Origin: Candidatus Arcticimaribacter sp.
GTDB taxonomy: Bacteria > Bacteroidota > Bacteroidia > Flavobacteriales > Flavobacteriaceae
Assembly: GCA_039768455.1 (NCBI GenBank)
Contig: JBDNAJ010000015.1
Location: 1-60,723 of the forward strand
DNA: 60,723 nt
Direction: 5' to 3'
The notes under the pieces are model-generated. The model saw nothing but the letters and a program-made list of their open reading frames with translations, made no database searches and had not been told where the DNA came from. Position numbers and translations under genes: made by a program. Shown here in pieces: positions 49,853 through 59,076 of this stretch (positions are counted from its first letter, which is position 1; every line of letters begins with the position of its first letter).

Positions 49853-50830
49853 ATGGCAGCAGTAGAACCGATACTTCAAGAGAACAAAGACAGATTCGTA
49901 ATTTTTCCAATCAAACACCACGACATTTGGGAGTGGTATAAAAAGATGGAAGCAAGTTTCTGGACGGCTGAAGAAATCGATTTACACCAGGATCTTACAG
50001 ATTGGAACGACAAGTTAAGTGCAGATGAAAAATACTTCATCAAGCACATCTTAGCCTTCTTTGCTGCTTCTGATGGAATTGTCAATGAAAATTTAGCAGA
50101 GAACTTTGTCAACGAAGTTCAATATTCTGAAGCGAAGTTTTTCTATGGTTTCCAAATCATGATGGAAAACATCCATTCTGAAACCTATTCTTTATTAATC
50201 GATACTTATGTAAAAGATGAGGCTGAAAAAGATCAATTGTTCCGTGCAATTGAGGTTTTCCCTGCAATCAAGAAAAAAGCAGAGTGGGCATTAAAATGGA
50301 TAGATTCAGATTCTTTTGCAGAGCGTCTTATCGCTTTTGCAGCAGTAGAAGGGATTTTCTTTTCTGGAGCATTTTGTTCAATTTATTGGTTAAAGAAACG
50401 CGGGCTTATGCCAGGACTAACTTTCTCTAATGAGTTAATTTCTCGTGATGAAGGAGTTCACTGTGACTTTGCCGTGCACTTACACAACCATCACCTGGTG
50501 AACAAAGTGCCTACAGAGCGTATCCAAGAAATTATTTTAGATGCCCTAAACATCGAGCGCGAGTTTGTAACAGAATCATTACCAGTTAGCTTAATTGGGA
50601 TGAATTCTAAGTTGATGACACAATACCTTGAGTTTGTGACAGACCGCTTATTGGTTGAGTTAAATTGTCCAAAAGAATTTAATGTGACCAATCCATTTGA
50701 TTTTATGGACATGATTTCCCTGCAAGGGAAAACCAACTTCTTTGAGAAGCGTGTGTCAGAATATCAAAAGGCGGGCGTTCTAAACGCCGAAGATCAAGAA
50801 ACTAAAATTAGTTTCGATGCAGATTTCTAG
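49853..50830 (+). CDS. nrdB: Class I ribonucleotide reductase beta subunit (eukaryote-like R2)
   Basis: [21 protein letters not shown] (radical Tyr), [22 protein letters not shown]-terminal FDADF. Confidence 0.97.
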   Translation: MAAVEPILQENKDRFVIFPIKHHDIWEWYKKMEASFWTAEEIDLHQDLTDWNDKLSADEKYFIKHILAFFAASDGIVNENLAENFVNEVQYSEAKFFYGFQIMMENIHSETYSLLIDTYVKDEAEKDQLFRAIEVFPAIKKKAEWALKWIDSDSFAERLIAFAAVEGIFFSGAFCSIYWLKKRGLMPGLTFSNELISRDEGVHCDFAVHLHNHHLVNKVPTERIQEIILDALNIEREFVTESLPVSLIGMNSKLMTQYLEFVTDRLLVELNCPKEFNVTNPFDFMDMISLQGKTNFFEKRVSEYQKAGVLNAEDQETKISFDADF

Positions 50831-50911
50831 AAGCTCCTTCTAGTCATAAAAAATAACGGTATTGTTGATAAGCAACTATACCAATGAAATAATCGTTAAA
50901 ACAAAAAGTGC

Positions 50912-53359
50912 ATGTTTGTAGTCAAAAGAGATGGGCATAAAGAGCCCATTATGTTCGATAAAATTACCGCAAGGGTAAAAAAGTTATGTTATGATTTAAA
51001 TCCTCTGGTTGATCCAGTGCGCGTTGCGATGCGCGTGATTGAAGGGCTTTATGATGGAGTGACTACCTCTGAGTTGGATAATCTAGCGTCTGAAATTGCC
51101 GCAACAATGACCACTTCTCACCCAGACTATGCACAACTGGCTGCGCGTATTTCTGTATCAAATTTGCACAAAAACACTAAGAAGTCCTTCTCTGATACCA
51201 TGACGGACTTGTACAAATATGTTAACCCCAGAACAGGTAAAGATGCACCTTTACTTTCTGATGAGGTTTATAACATTATTCAAAAGAACAAAGAAGTCCT
51301 TGACTCAAGTATCATTTATAATCGTGATTTTGGCTATGACTTCTTTGGTTTTAAAACTTTAGAACGTTCTTACTTACTTAAACTTAATGGTGAAATAGTT
51401 GAACGCCCACAGCATATGTTGATGCGTGTTTCTGTAGGAATTCACATGGAAGACATTGATTCGGTTTTAGAGACCTATGAGTTGATGTCTAAGCGTTTCT
51501 TTACCCACGCAACACCAACCCTATTCAACTCTGGAACACCAAAACCACAGATGTCTTCTTGCTTCCTTTTGGCCATGCAAGATGACAGTATTGACGGGAT
51601 CTATGACACCTTAAAACAAACGGCTAAAATTTCTCAATCTGCAGGAGGAATTGGTCTTTCTATACACAACGTTAGAGCGACAGGTTCTTATATCTCTGGA
51701 ACTAACGGAACTTCTAATGGGATTGTTCCCATGTTGCGTGTTTACAACGATACTGCTCGTTATGTAGATCAAGGTGGCGGGAAACGAAAAGGCTCTTTTG
51801 CCATTTACATTGAACCATGGCATGCAGATATATTTGATTTCCTCGATTTAAGAAAGAATCACGGAAAAGAAGAAATGCGTGCACGTGATTTATTCTATGC
51901 TATGTGGACGCCAGATTTATTCATGAAAAGGGTAGAGGCAGATGCAGAATGGACCCTAATGTGTCCAAACGAATGTCCAGATCTGTACAAATGTCACAGT
52001 GATGAATTCGATGCTTTGTATACCAAATACGAAAGTGAAGGAAAAGGGCGTAAAACCATTCGTGCCCGCGAACTATGGGAGAAAATATTAGAGTCGCAAA
52101 TCGAAACAGGTACACCTTATATGTTGTACAAGGATGCGGCGAATCGCAAGTCGAACCAAAAGAACTTGGGAACCATTCGTTCTTCTAACTTATGTACAGA
52201 GATCATGGAGTACACTTCTCCAGACGAAGTTGCTGTATGTAACTTAGCCTCGATTGCCTTGCCTATGTTCGTTAAAGATGGAGCTTTTGATCATGACGAA
52301 CTTTACCGTGTAACAAAGCAAGTCACTAAAAACCTGAACCGTGTAATTGATCGTAACTACTATCCGGTTCAAGAAGCGGAGAATTCTAATATGCGCCATC
52401 GTCCAGTAGGACTAGGAGTACAAGGATTAGCCGATGCCTTTATACAACTGCGCCTACCCTTTACTTCGCAAGAAGCAAAAGACTTAAACCAAGACATTTT
52501 TGAAACCCTCTATTTTGCTGCTGTAACCGCCTCTATGGAAGAAGCAGAAAAAGACGGACCCTACTCTACATTTAAAGGTTCCCCGATGTCAAAAGGAGAA
52601 TTCCAGCACAATATGTGGGGTGTGAAAGACGAAGAATTAAGTGGTCGCTGGGACTGGGCAGCTTTACGTAAACAAGTTAAAAAACACGGTGTGCGTAACT
52701 CTCTTCTCGTTGCACCTATGCCAACAGCATCTACTTCTCAAATTCTTGGAAACAACGAATGTTTTGAACCCTATACGTCTAACATCTACACCCGTCGTGT
52801 ACTCTCTGGAGAGTTTATCGTAGTGAATAAACACCTTTTAGAAGATTTAGTCGAACTAGGTTTGTGGACAGAAGATATGAAGCAAGAGTTGATGCGTGCA
52901 AATGGTTCAGTACAGCATATCGAGGGGATTCCGGCAGAGATCAAAGAGCTGTATAAAACAGTTTGGGAACTAAGCATGAAAGACATCATCGACATGTCTC
53001 GCCATAGAGGTTACTTTATCGATCAATCTCAATCCTTAAACCTCTTTATGGAAGGAGCCACCATGGCGAAATTAACTTCTATGCACTTCTATGCATGGAA
53101 ATCTGGCTTAAAGACAGGAATGTATTACTTAAGAACGAAATCTGCAGTAGATGCGATTAAGTTTACCCTGAGCAACAAAGAGAAAGCTCAAGTACCTGAA
53201 ACAGCCGCTGCTGCCGCTGCACAGGCCCCATTAAAAGCCAATACAGCAGCTAAACCCGCCGCTGTACCCGTAGAGCCTTTAACCCCAGAAGAGTTAAAAA
53301 CCATGTTAGATCAGTCTCGTGAAAGCGAAGATGACGATTGCTTAATGTGCGGCTCCTAA
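50912..53359 (+). CDS. nrdA: Class I ribonucleotide reductase alpha subunit with ATP cone
   Basis: VVKRDG ATP cone, [32 protein letters not shown]-terminal CLMC. Confidence 0.98.
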   Translation: MFVVKRDGHKEPIMFDKITARVKKLCYDLNPLVDPVRVAMRVIEGLYDGVTTSELDNLASEIAATMTTSHPDYAQLAARISVSNLHKNTKKSFSDTMTDLYKYVNPRTGKDAPLLSDEVYNIIQKNKEVLDSSIIYNRDFGYDFFGFKTLERSYLLKLNGEIVERPQHMLMRVSVGIHMEDIDSVLETYELMSKRFFTHATPTLFNSGTPKPQMSSCFLLAMQDDSIDGIYDTLKQTAKISQSAGGIGLSIHNVRATGSYISGTNGTSNGIVPMLRVYNDTARYVDQGGGKRKGSFAIYIEPWHADIFDFLDLRKNHGKEEMRARDLFYAMWTPDLFMKRVEADAEWTLMCPNECPDLYKCHSDEFDALYTKYESEGKGRKTIRARELWEKILESQIETGTPYMLYKDAANRKSNQKNLGTIRSSNLCTEIMEYTSPDEVAVCNLASIALPMFVKDGAFDHDELYRVTKQVTKNLNRVIDRNYYPVQEAENSNMRHRPVGLGVQGLADAFIQLRLPFTSQEAKDLNQDIFETLYFAAVTASMEEAEKDGPYSTFKGSPMSKGEFQHNMWGVKDEELSGRWDWAALRKQVKKHGVRNSLLVAPMPTASTSQILGNNECFEPYTSNIYTRRVLSGEFIVVNKHLLEDLVELGLWTEDMKQELMRANGSVQHIEGIPAEIKELYKTVWELSMKDIIDMSRHRGYFIDQSQSLNLFMEGATMAKLTSMHFYAWKSGLKTGMYYLRTKSAVDAIKFTLSNKEKAQVPETAAAAAAQAPLKANTAAKPAAVPVEPLTPEELKTMLDQSRESEDDDCLMCGS

Positions 53360-53377
53360 GCTAAAACAATGTAAATC

Positions 53378-53400
53378 AGCCCCTTAAAGGGGCTTTTTTT
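53378..53400 (+). terminator. Intrinsic terminator of nrdA
   Basis: AGCCCCT-TAA-AGGGGCT followed by a T run. Confidence 0.88.
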
Positions 53401-53415
53401 ATGCTTTATCTTCCA

Positions 53416-53473
53416 ATGTTAAATTAATGTTACCTAAATATTGCTTCTATATTAAATTAATGTTATATATTTG
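53416..53473 (+). promoter_or_regulatory. Five 11-bp-period direct repeats (ATRTTR core) abutting a -7 element
   Basis: ATGTTA 53416, ATGTTA 53427, ATATTG 53438, ATATTA 53449, ATGTTA 53460; TATATTTG at 53466-53473. Confidence 0.72.
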
Positions 53474-53497
53474 ATATGTAATCATAAAACAAACCCT

Positions 53498-53863
53498 ATG
53501 AGAACTTATATTTTAACATTCGTTTTAATGCTAGGAGTGACAGTAATGGCACAGGAGAATAATGAAACTTTAAAAACGGTTACCGTTAAAGAAGGCAAAT
53601 TAACGAAGGTTAATACTTACCATGAAAATGGTCAGCTGGCACAAGAAGGTTATTTTAAGAATAATAAGCTTCATGGGAAATGGGTCAAGTATTCCGAAGA
53701 AGGAGATTTACTTTGTGTTGCGAACTACTCACGTGGAAAACGCAATGGCACTTGGTTGTTTTGGGATAATAAAGACTTAACAGAAGTTGAGTTTAAAAAC
53801 AATAAAGTCTTACAAAAATTAACTTTTGAATCACAAACTAAAGTAGTTTCTGTAGAACGTTAA
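53498..53863 (+). CDS. Small secreted MORN-variant repeat protein
   Basis: Signal peptide ending VMAQ; YHENGQLAQEG.F, LHGKWVKYSEEG and RNGTWLFW repeats. Confidence 0.8.
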   Translation: MRTYILTFVLMLGVTVMAQENNETLKTVTVKEGKLTKVNTYHENGQLAQEGYFKNNKLHGKWVKYSEEGDLLCVANYSRGKRNGTWLFWDNKDLTEVEFKNNKVLQKLTFESQTKVVSVER

Positions 53864-53866
53864 CGC

Positions 53867-56146
53867 TTATAAATTCGTCTTTAATTGATTTGTCGTATGA
53901 TAAAACGAATCAATCAAAACGATCTTATGGCGAATTAAATCTTTCGACTTAAGGAGTATATTAAAATACAATCTTGTGTTTTTTGGACTTCGTTCCTCCA
54001 CCCTTGTCAAGCTAATCTGTTCATTGATCTTATCGTCAATCGTGGCAATCATATCCTCCTTTTTCCCTAACACTTCCCCCAGTTGTTTTAAGGAGTTATC
54101 TTCAAAAGCGTTAATAGAACCTTGAAGCAATAAGTCAATTAACTGAGAGATTTCTTTTAGTCCTCGAATTTGGCTTAGTTTTAATTTACTGTGATTATTA
54201 TTGATATGATCATAGCTTATGTTGACAAGATAATCGATGTCCTCTATGATGTCTTGAATATGAACCAAAGTGTCAATATAAAATCGACTCGCTTCAACAC
54301 TATTATCTTCTAATTTTCGAATAAAAGAAAACAAATTGGATCTAAGGTCGTGGATACTTTCTTCTAAATACTTTACTTTCTTTTTGGCCTTGCTAAGCTT
54401 CTTAAGATTTTGAGAGGAAAGCCCTTCAATAACCAGAGTAAAAGCTTGATGAGTATCTATAGCAACCTGTGTGATATTTTCATCTGCTTCTTTAATCACC
54501 CCAATATAAGAATGACTCCCAGATTTTAAGATGGGAGATTCAACTTCTATTTCCTTTGATTTCTTTCGATGGTTCAAGAAATTTTTTCCTGTAATAAGCA
54601 GTACCACAAAAAAGATTGATGCAATGGCCACAGGACCACCGATATGGAATAAGTATAAGATAATTCCACAAACCGTAAAGGCACTCAAGGCAGTAAAAAA
54701 CCATCCTCCAATTACGTTTAACACTCCAGCCACACGATATACGGCACTATCTCTTCCCCAGGCTTTATCTGCCAGGGATGTTCCCATCGCGACCATAAAA
54801 GTAACATAGGTCGTAGATAATGGAAGTTTTAAAGAGGTCGCTGCAGAAATCAATACAGCAGCAACAACAAGGTTGATACTCGCTCGCATCATATCAAAAG
54901 AAGGTGCATTATCGGTCCAGTCTTCTGTTGATTTAACAGGAATTAATTCAAATTGTTGGCTAATTTTCTTTTGCGTTGTTTGTGGAACAAATCGAAATAT
55001 TTGATCACTGGTCCAACTAAAAAATCGCACCAATCCTCTAGAAAGGGCGTTTGGTTTAAAACGCTCTTTGGTATCATTTTGATTGGATAAGTCTAGGGAA
55101 GTTTGAACGACTCCTTTTGCCTTTGAGGAAAACCAAAGGGTTAATATCATGATCATCCCAGAACCAAATAAAAACAAAGTTGGAGTAGGTACTTTAGCGT
55201 CTAAGGCACTCATTTGGAAACTTTCTGCGGCTACTCCAGAAGCAACCCAAGCTTCATAAGATTGAAAAGCAGCAATAGGGACACCAATAAAATTAACCAA
55301 GTCATTCCCAGCAAATGCCAGCGCCAGGGCAAAGGTCCCTATGGCAATAATCAATTTGAAAATATTAATCTGGGTAAATTTGATTAAGGCGTAAGAGATT
55401 AAATACCAGATCAAGAGATTTAATCCATTCACTAAGATCATTTCATTATTGAGAAATTCCTTAATGGTTTGATCTCCCAGAAATGAAAATGAAATACTCG
55501 CATATTGCGTTCCCTTGATTCCTTTGATTAAAATAAAGTTAGAAAGGGCGGCTAAAGATATTCCCCCAAAAAGCGCTTTCTTCATCGCAGAAGTTTTTTC
55601 CAGGAAAAAAGTTAACATATAGCGAGAGACCCACTGCACGATCGCCCCTATACTAAAGGCGACGACAACAGAGAGTAAGATCCCAAAAATAATTTGGGTT
55701 GCCTTAGCAGTATTGATGTAATACTCTAATTCGGCTATACTACCCCCATTGGCTAAGATTTTAATCATTGCCATTACAATGGCTGCGCCTAGTAATTCAA
55801 AAACGATTGAAACGGTGGTTGAGGTGGGCATCCCCAAGGTGTTAAAGAAATCCAATAGCAGGATATCCGTAATCATCACGGCCATAAAAATGTAGATGAT
55901 TTCTTGAAAGCTAAAAGCAGAGGGATTAAAGATTCCTTTACGCGCAACCTCCATCATCCCACTAGAGAATATGGCGCCCAGGGCGATCCCTATACTGGCT
56001 AAAATCATGATGTTGCGAAAGGAAATCGCTTTTGATCCAATCGCCGAATTTAAAAAATTGACGGCGTCATTACTGACGCCGACAATTAAATCTCCTATGG
56101 CTAAAACAGCCAATAATATAACAATATAAAAATATAGATTCTCCAT
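53867..56146 (-). CDS. Inorganic phosphate transporter (PiT/PHO4) with C-terminal PhoU-like helical domain
   Basis: GVSNDAVN and FAGNDLVN signature pair, PTSTT and PLSTT, about 230-aa soluble helical tail. Confidence 0.88.
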   Translation of the reverse strand: MENLYFYIVILLAVLAIGDLIVGVSNDAVNFLNSAIGSKAISFRNIMILASIGIALGAIFSSGMMEVARKGIFNPSAFSFQEIIYIFMAVMITDILLLDFFNTLGMPTSTTVSIVFELLGAAIVMAMIKILANGGSIAELEYYINTAKATQIIFGILLSVVVAFSIGAIVQWVSRYMLTFFLEKTSAMKKALFGGISLAALSNFILIKGIKGTQYASISFSFLGDQTIKEFLNNEMILVNGLNLLIWYLISYALIKFTQINIFKLIIAIGTFALALAFAGNDLVNFIGVPIAAFQSYEAWVASGVAAESFQMSALDAKVPTPTLFLFGSGMIMILTLWFSSKAKGVVQTSLDLSNQNDTKERFKPNALSRGLVRFFSWTSDQIFRFVPQTTQKKISQQFELIPVKSTEDWTDNAPSFDMMRASINLVVAAVLISAATSLKLPLSTTYVTFMVAMGTSLADKAWGRDSAVYRVAGVLNVIGGWFFTALSAFTVCGIILYLFHIGGPVAIASIFFVVLLITGKNFLNHRKKSKEIEVESPILKSGSHSYIGVIKEADENITQVAIDTHQAFTLVIEGLSSQNLKKLSKAKKKVKYLEESIHDLRSNLFSFIRKLEDNSVEASRFYIDTLVHIQDIIEDIDYLVNISYDHINNNHSKLKLSQIRGLKEISQLIDLLLQGSINAFEDNSLKQLGEVLGKKEDMIATIDDKINEQISLTRVEERSPKNTRLYFNILLKSKDLIRHKIVLIDSFYHTTNQLKTNL

Positions 56147-56195
56147 GTTTAACTTCTGCGGTAAATCTACTTGTTTTTCATTGTATTATCAAGGC

Positions 56196-59009
56196 TTAGA
56201 ACTTAATATTATACCCTAAGCTTATCGTTCTATCAAGGTTGTATAATGAGAAAGGCAATTGTTGTTCCCCAAAATAGTCATAGTAACTCTCTCTCGTATC
56301 ATTTAAGATGTTTTGAACTTTTAAGGTAAGGGTTTGATTATCACTTGTACCAAACTTTTTTATTACCGTTAAGTTTAAGTTATTGAAAGGATCTGTATAG
56401 ACATCTGGAATGTTTCCTACACCGACGACTTCAAGCGTTTTCCCTTGTACGTTGTAAAAAAGACTTGCGTCAAGATTGGACTCTGGTAAGGTATAAGTAA
56501 TCCCCGTATTGATCAAGAAGGGAGATTGTCCTTGTAGTACACGATAAGGATCGATGGTTCTATTAGGCTCTGTTATTACACGTCCATCATACTCCCCATC
56601 ACTCATGCGTTGTCTAGATTGTATAAAGGATGCGTTCACATTAAGAGAAAGCTTTTTTGTACTATTATCGAGCAAGTTCTTGCGGTATTCAACCTCAACC
56701 CCAGCAACAGTTGCAGATTCATTGTTACGCGCAATTAATTGATTTGCAGTATTAAAGTCATAAGCAACTATTTCAATAGGGTCTGTTAGCTGTTTAAAGA
56801 AAACACTTAAAGCAAAAAACTGATTCCCTTCCCCATACTTTTCATAACGTAAATCTAAGTTATTGATATAAGAAGGATTTAAGTCTGTGTTCCCAATGAA
56901 GAAACGCTCTGTAATTGGGTCAAAAATGCGTGCTGCAGAATTTTCTTTAAAACTAGGTCGTGCAGTTGTTCTAGCATAGGAAAAGCGAAGATTAGTGTCC
57001 TCGTCCAGGGTTCTAATCACATTTAACGATGGGAAAAAATCATTAACATTTATCAACTCTGCATTGTCAAAAATATCTTGCTCTAAGCTCTGTCCAGTGT
57101 ATTTTACAAGATAATTTTCGAAGCGAAGACCAATGACTGATTTCCATGCCTCATTAAATTTTAGCTCTGCCGAAACAAAAGCAGCAGTTGTGCTACTACT
57201 TGCATCGTATTGATTGGTACGTTGAAAGTCTCCAAAAATATACGAACCATTATTATTCTGGGGAGTCCACAAATTGTTTGGCTCAAGAAGATTATTAGGA
57301 TCTCCCAATAGGCTTTCACTTCGGCCAATATAATCGATAGAGTAGTTCGCTGTTCTAAAGGTTCTGTTTTTAGTTGAATACGCGCCTCCTGTTTTTAGTT
57401 TCCCTTCAATTTTACCTCCTTCAAGATCATGCGAATATAAAAATGTACTCGCCAGGGCATCTTCTCTTAGGGTTCTCCACAAACGTTGGGGTAATTGCGT
57501 GGTTGCGGGAGAGAGGACAAAATAAGAACGATCCTCATTAGTTTCAAAGACAGTCTTTTTAAAATCTTTGTCAAATACTTCGGCAAAAGAAGGAGCAATT
57601 TTCCATTCTATTGTTGACTTTCCTTCGTTTAATACATGTTTTGCACTAAAAGGGATAGAGACAATATTGCGTTCTGTATAGGTTAGAATACTTGCAATAC
57701 CGATATAAGGATTTTCCAAATAATCTTGAAAAACAGCATTAAGTGCAGTAGATTCTGCACTGCGTAAATTGAGTAAATTAAGTTTGTATTTTGACTTTTC
57801 AGTCTTAAGTGAAATACCAGCAAGACCGCTGGCTAATTTTGTTATTTTACCTAATTCTCCATTTTGAGAAGTTTCTAATGTAATACCACTGCTATTTTCT
57901 TTATTGGTTGTTCCAGTAGTATAATTGTCATAGTATTCTGTATTGCTTCTAAAGCCTACAGCAGCAATAAACCCGATGGCTTTATCTTCTGTTAACCTAA
58001 ATTGGTTACTCGCACTTGCACCAATGTTGTAATTCAACCCAGAGCTGTATCGGTTTACAGCCATTTCAGGCGTAAATAGTTCGGTTATTTTTGTCAACAC
58101 AGATGAGCGTCCTGGTTGAGAAACCTCCGGAAGAGGGATCACTTGGCGTGCTCCTAATCTCTGGTCAAAGTAACCATTATTGAATCCAAACAGATTAGTT
58201 CCTTCAGGGTTATTTTGAATGGCATTATCCACAAGGTTCATCGAGGGATTATATGATCCAGAAACCGAGAAAGTGTATTCTGGTAAAGCCGAAAAGTCTT
58301 TTAAGATAATGTTGACTACCCCACCAGAGAAGTCTGCATTTAGATCAGCACTTGCCGATTTATTTACAATGATATTATCTAAAAGATTGGTAGGAAAAAT
58401 ATCTAATTGAAGGGTGTTTTTATCAGGATCTAGGCCAGGAATTTCTAAGCCTCCTAAAAGTGTTTTTGAATAACGATCTCCTAAACCACGCACATAAACA
58501 AATTTTCCGTCCTGTAGTGAAACTCCTGGGACACGTTTGATGGCCGCAGCAAGATTGGTGTCTCCAGATTTTTTGATCGATTGTGAAGATAAACCATCCA
58601 TTAGGTTAATCGACTTTTTCTGTAATGCAAGGACAGCTTGTTCTGAGTTTTGTCTTGCAGAAGTGGTTACCACAACTTCTTCTAGAGCGTTGTCTAAGGC
58701 ACTAAGTGTTACATTTACAACTACCTCTCCATCGCTGTTTACTTCGATGTCAGAAATATTTTGTGTGCCATAGCCTATATAAGAAAACTCTAAAAGGTAT
58801 TGGCCTTGTACAACATCAAAGCTAAATTTCCCATCAAAATCAGAAGTACTCCCCCCTAGGGTTGTTGCTCCGTCTACAGTTTTAAGCACTACATTGGCAA
58901 AAGGTAAAGGTTCGACAAATTCGCCGTCTGTAATAGTACCAGTAATAATGGATTGTGAATAAATGTAGGTTGAAAATAATAGGGCGAATAAAATAAAAAA
59001 TTGTCTCAT
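56196..59009 (-). CDS. TonB-dependent receptor (non-SusC type)
   Basis: N-terminal carboxypeptidase-regulatory-like domain (SDFDGKF, FSYIGY), plug KRVPGVS...YVRGLGDRY, ARPSF, NL..., C-terminal Phe. Confidence 0.93.
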   Translation of the reverse strand: MRQFFILFALLFSTYIYSQSIITGTITDGEFVEPLPFANVVLKTVDGATTLGGSTSDFDGKFSFDVVQGQYLLEFSYIGYGTQNISDIEVNSDGEVVVNVTLSALDNALEEVVVTTSARQNSEQAVLALQKKSINLMDGLSSQSIKKSGDTNLAAAIKRVPGVSLQDGKFVYVRGLGDRYSKTLLGGLEIPGLDPDKNTLQLDIFPTNLLDNIIVNKSASADLNADFSGGVVNIILKDFSALPEYTFSVSGSYNPSMNLVDNAIQNNPEGTNLFGFNNGYFDQRLGARQVIPLPEVSQPGRSSVLTKITELFTPEMAVNRYSSGLNYNIGASASNQFRLTEDKAIGFIAAVGFRSNTEYYDNYTTGTTNKENSSGITLETSQNGELGKITKLASGLAGISLKTEKSKYKLNLLNLRSAESTALNAVFQDYLENPYIGIASILTYTERNIVSIPFSAKHVLNEGKSTIEWKIAPSFAEVFDKDFKKTVFETNEDRSYFVLSPATTQLPQRLWRTLREDALASTFLYSHDLEGGKIEGKLKTGGAYSTKNRTFRTANYSIDYIGRSESLLGDPNNLLEPNNLWTPQNNNGSYIFGDFQRTNQYDASSSTTAAFVSAELKFNEAWKSVIGLRFENYLVKYTGQSLEQDIFDNAELINVNDFFPSLNVIRTLDEDTNLRFSYARTTARPSFKENSAARIFDPITERFFIGNTDLNPSYINNLDLRYEKYGEGNQFFALSVFFKQLTDPIEIVAYDFNTANQLIARNNESATVAGVEVEYRKNLLDNSTKKLSLNVNASFIQSRQRMSDGEYDGRVITEPNRTIDPYRVLQGQSPFLINTGITYTLPESNLDASLFYNVQGKTLEVVGVGNIPDVYTDPFNNLNLTVIKKFGTSDNQTLTLKVQNILNDTRESYYDYFGEQQLPFSLYNLDRTISLGYNIKF

Positions 59010-59023
59010 TTGTAAAAAGTAAA

Positions 59024-59053
59024 AATTTGCCTGACTTTTTAGTCAGGCAAATT
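59024..59053 (-). terminator. Perfect 13-bp hairpin between the lipoprotein and TBDR genes
   Basis: AATTTGCCTGACT-TTTT-AGTCAGGCAAATT; U-rich tail on the minus strand. Confidence 0.75.
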
Positions 59054-59076
59054 CTAAGATTAGTTAGGTATAAATA

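Noticed and set aside
50827-50843. Hairpin CTAGAAG-CTC-CTTCTAG at the nrdB stop as a terminator
   Set aside because: Short AT-rich stem with a 3-nt loop and no U tract; at most an mRNA-stability element.
53498-53863. MORN-variant protein as a YwqK-type antitoxin
   Set aside because: It has a signal peptide and no adjacent toxin gene; the repeat is generic.
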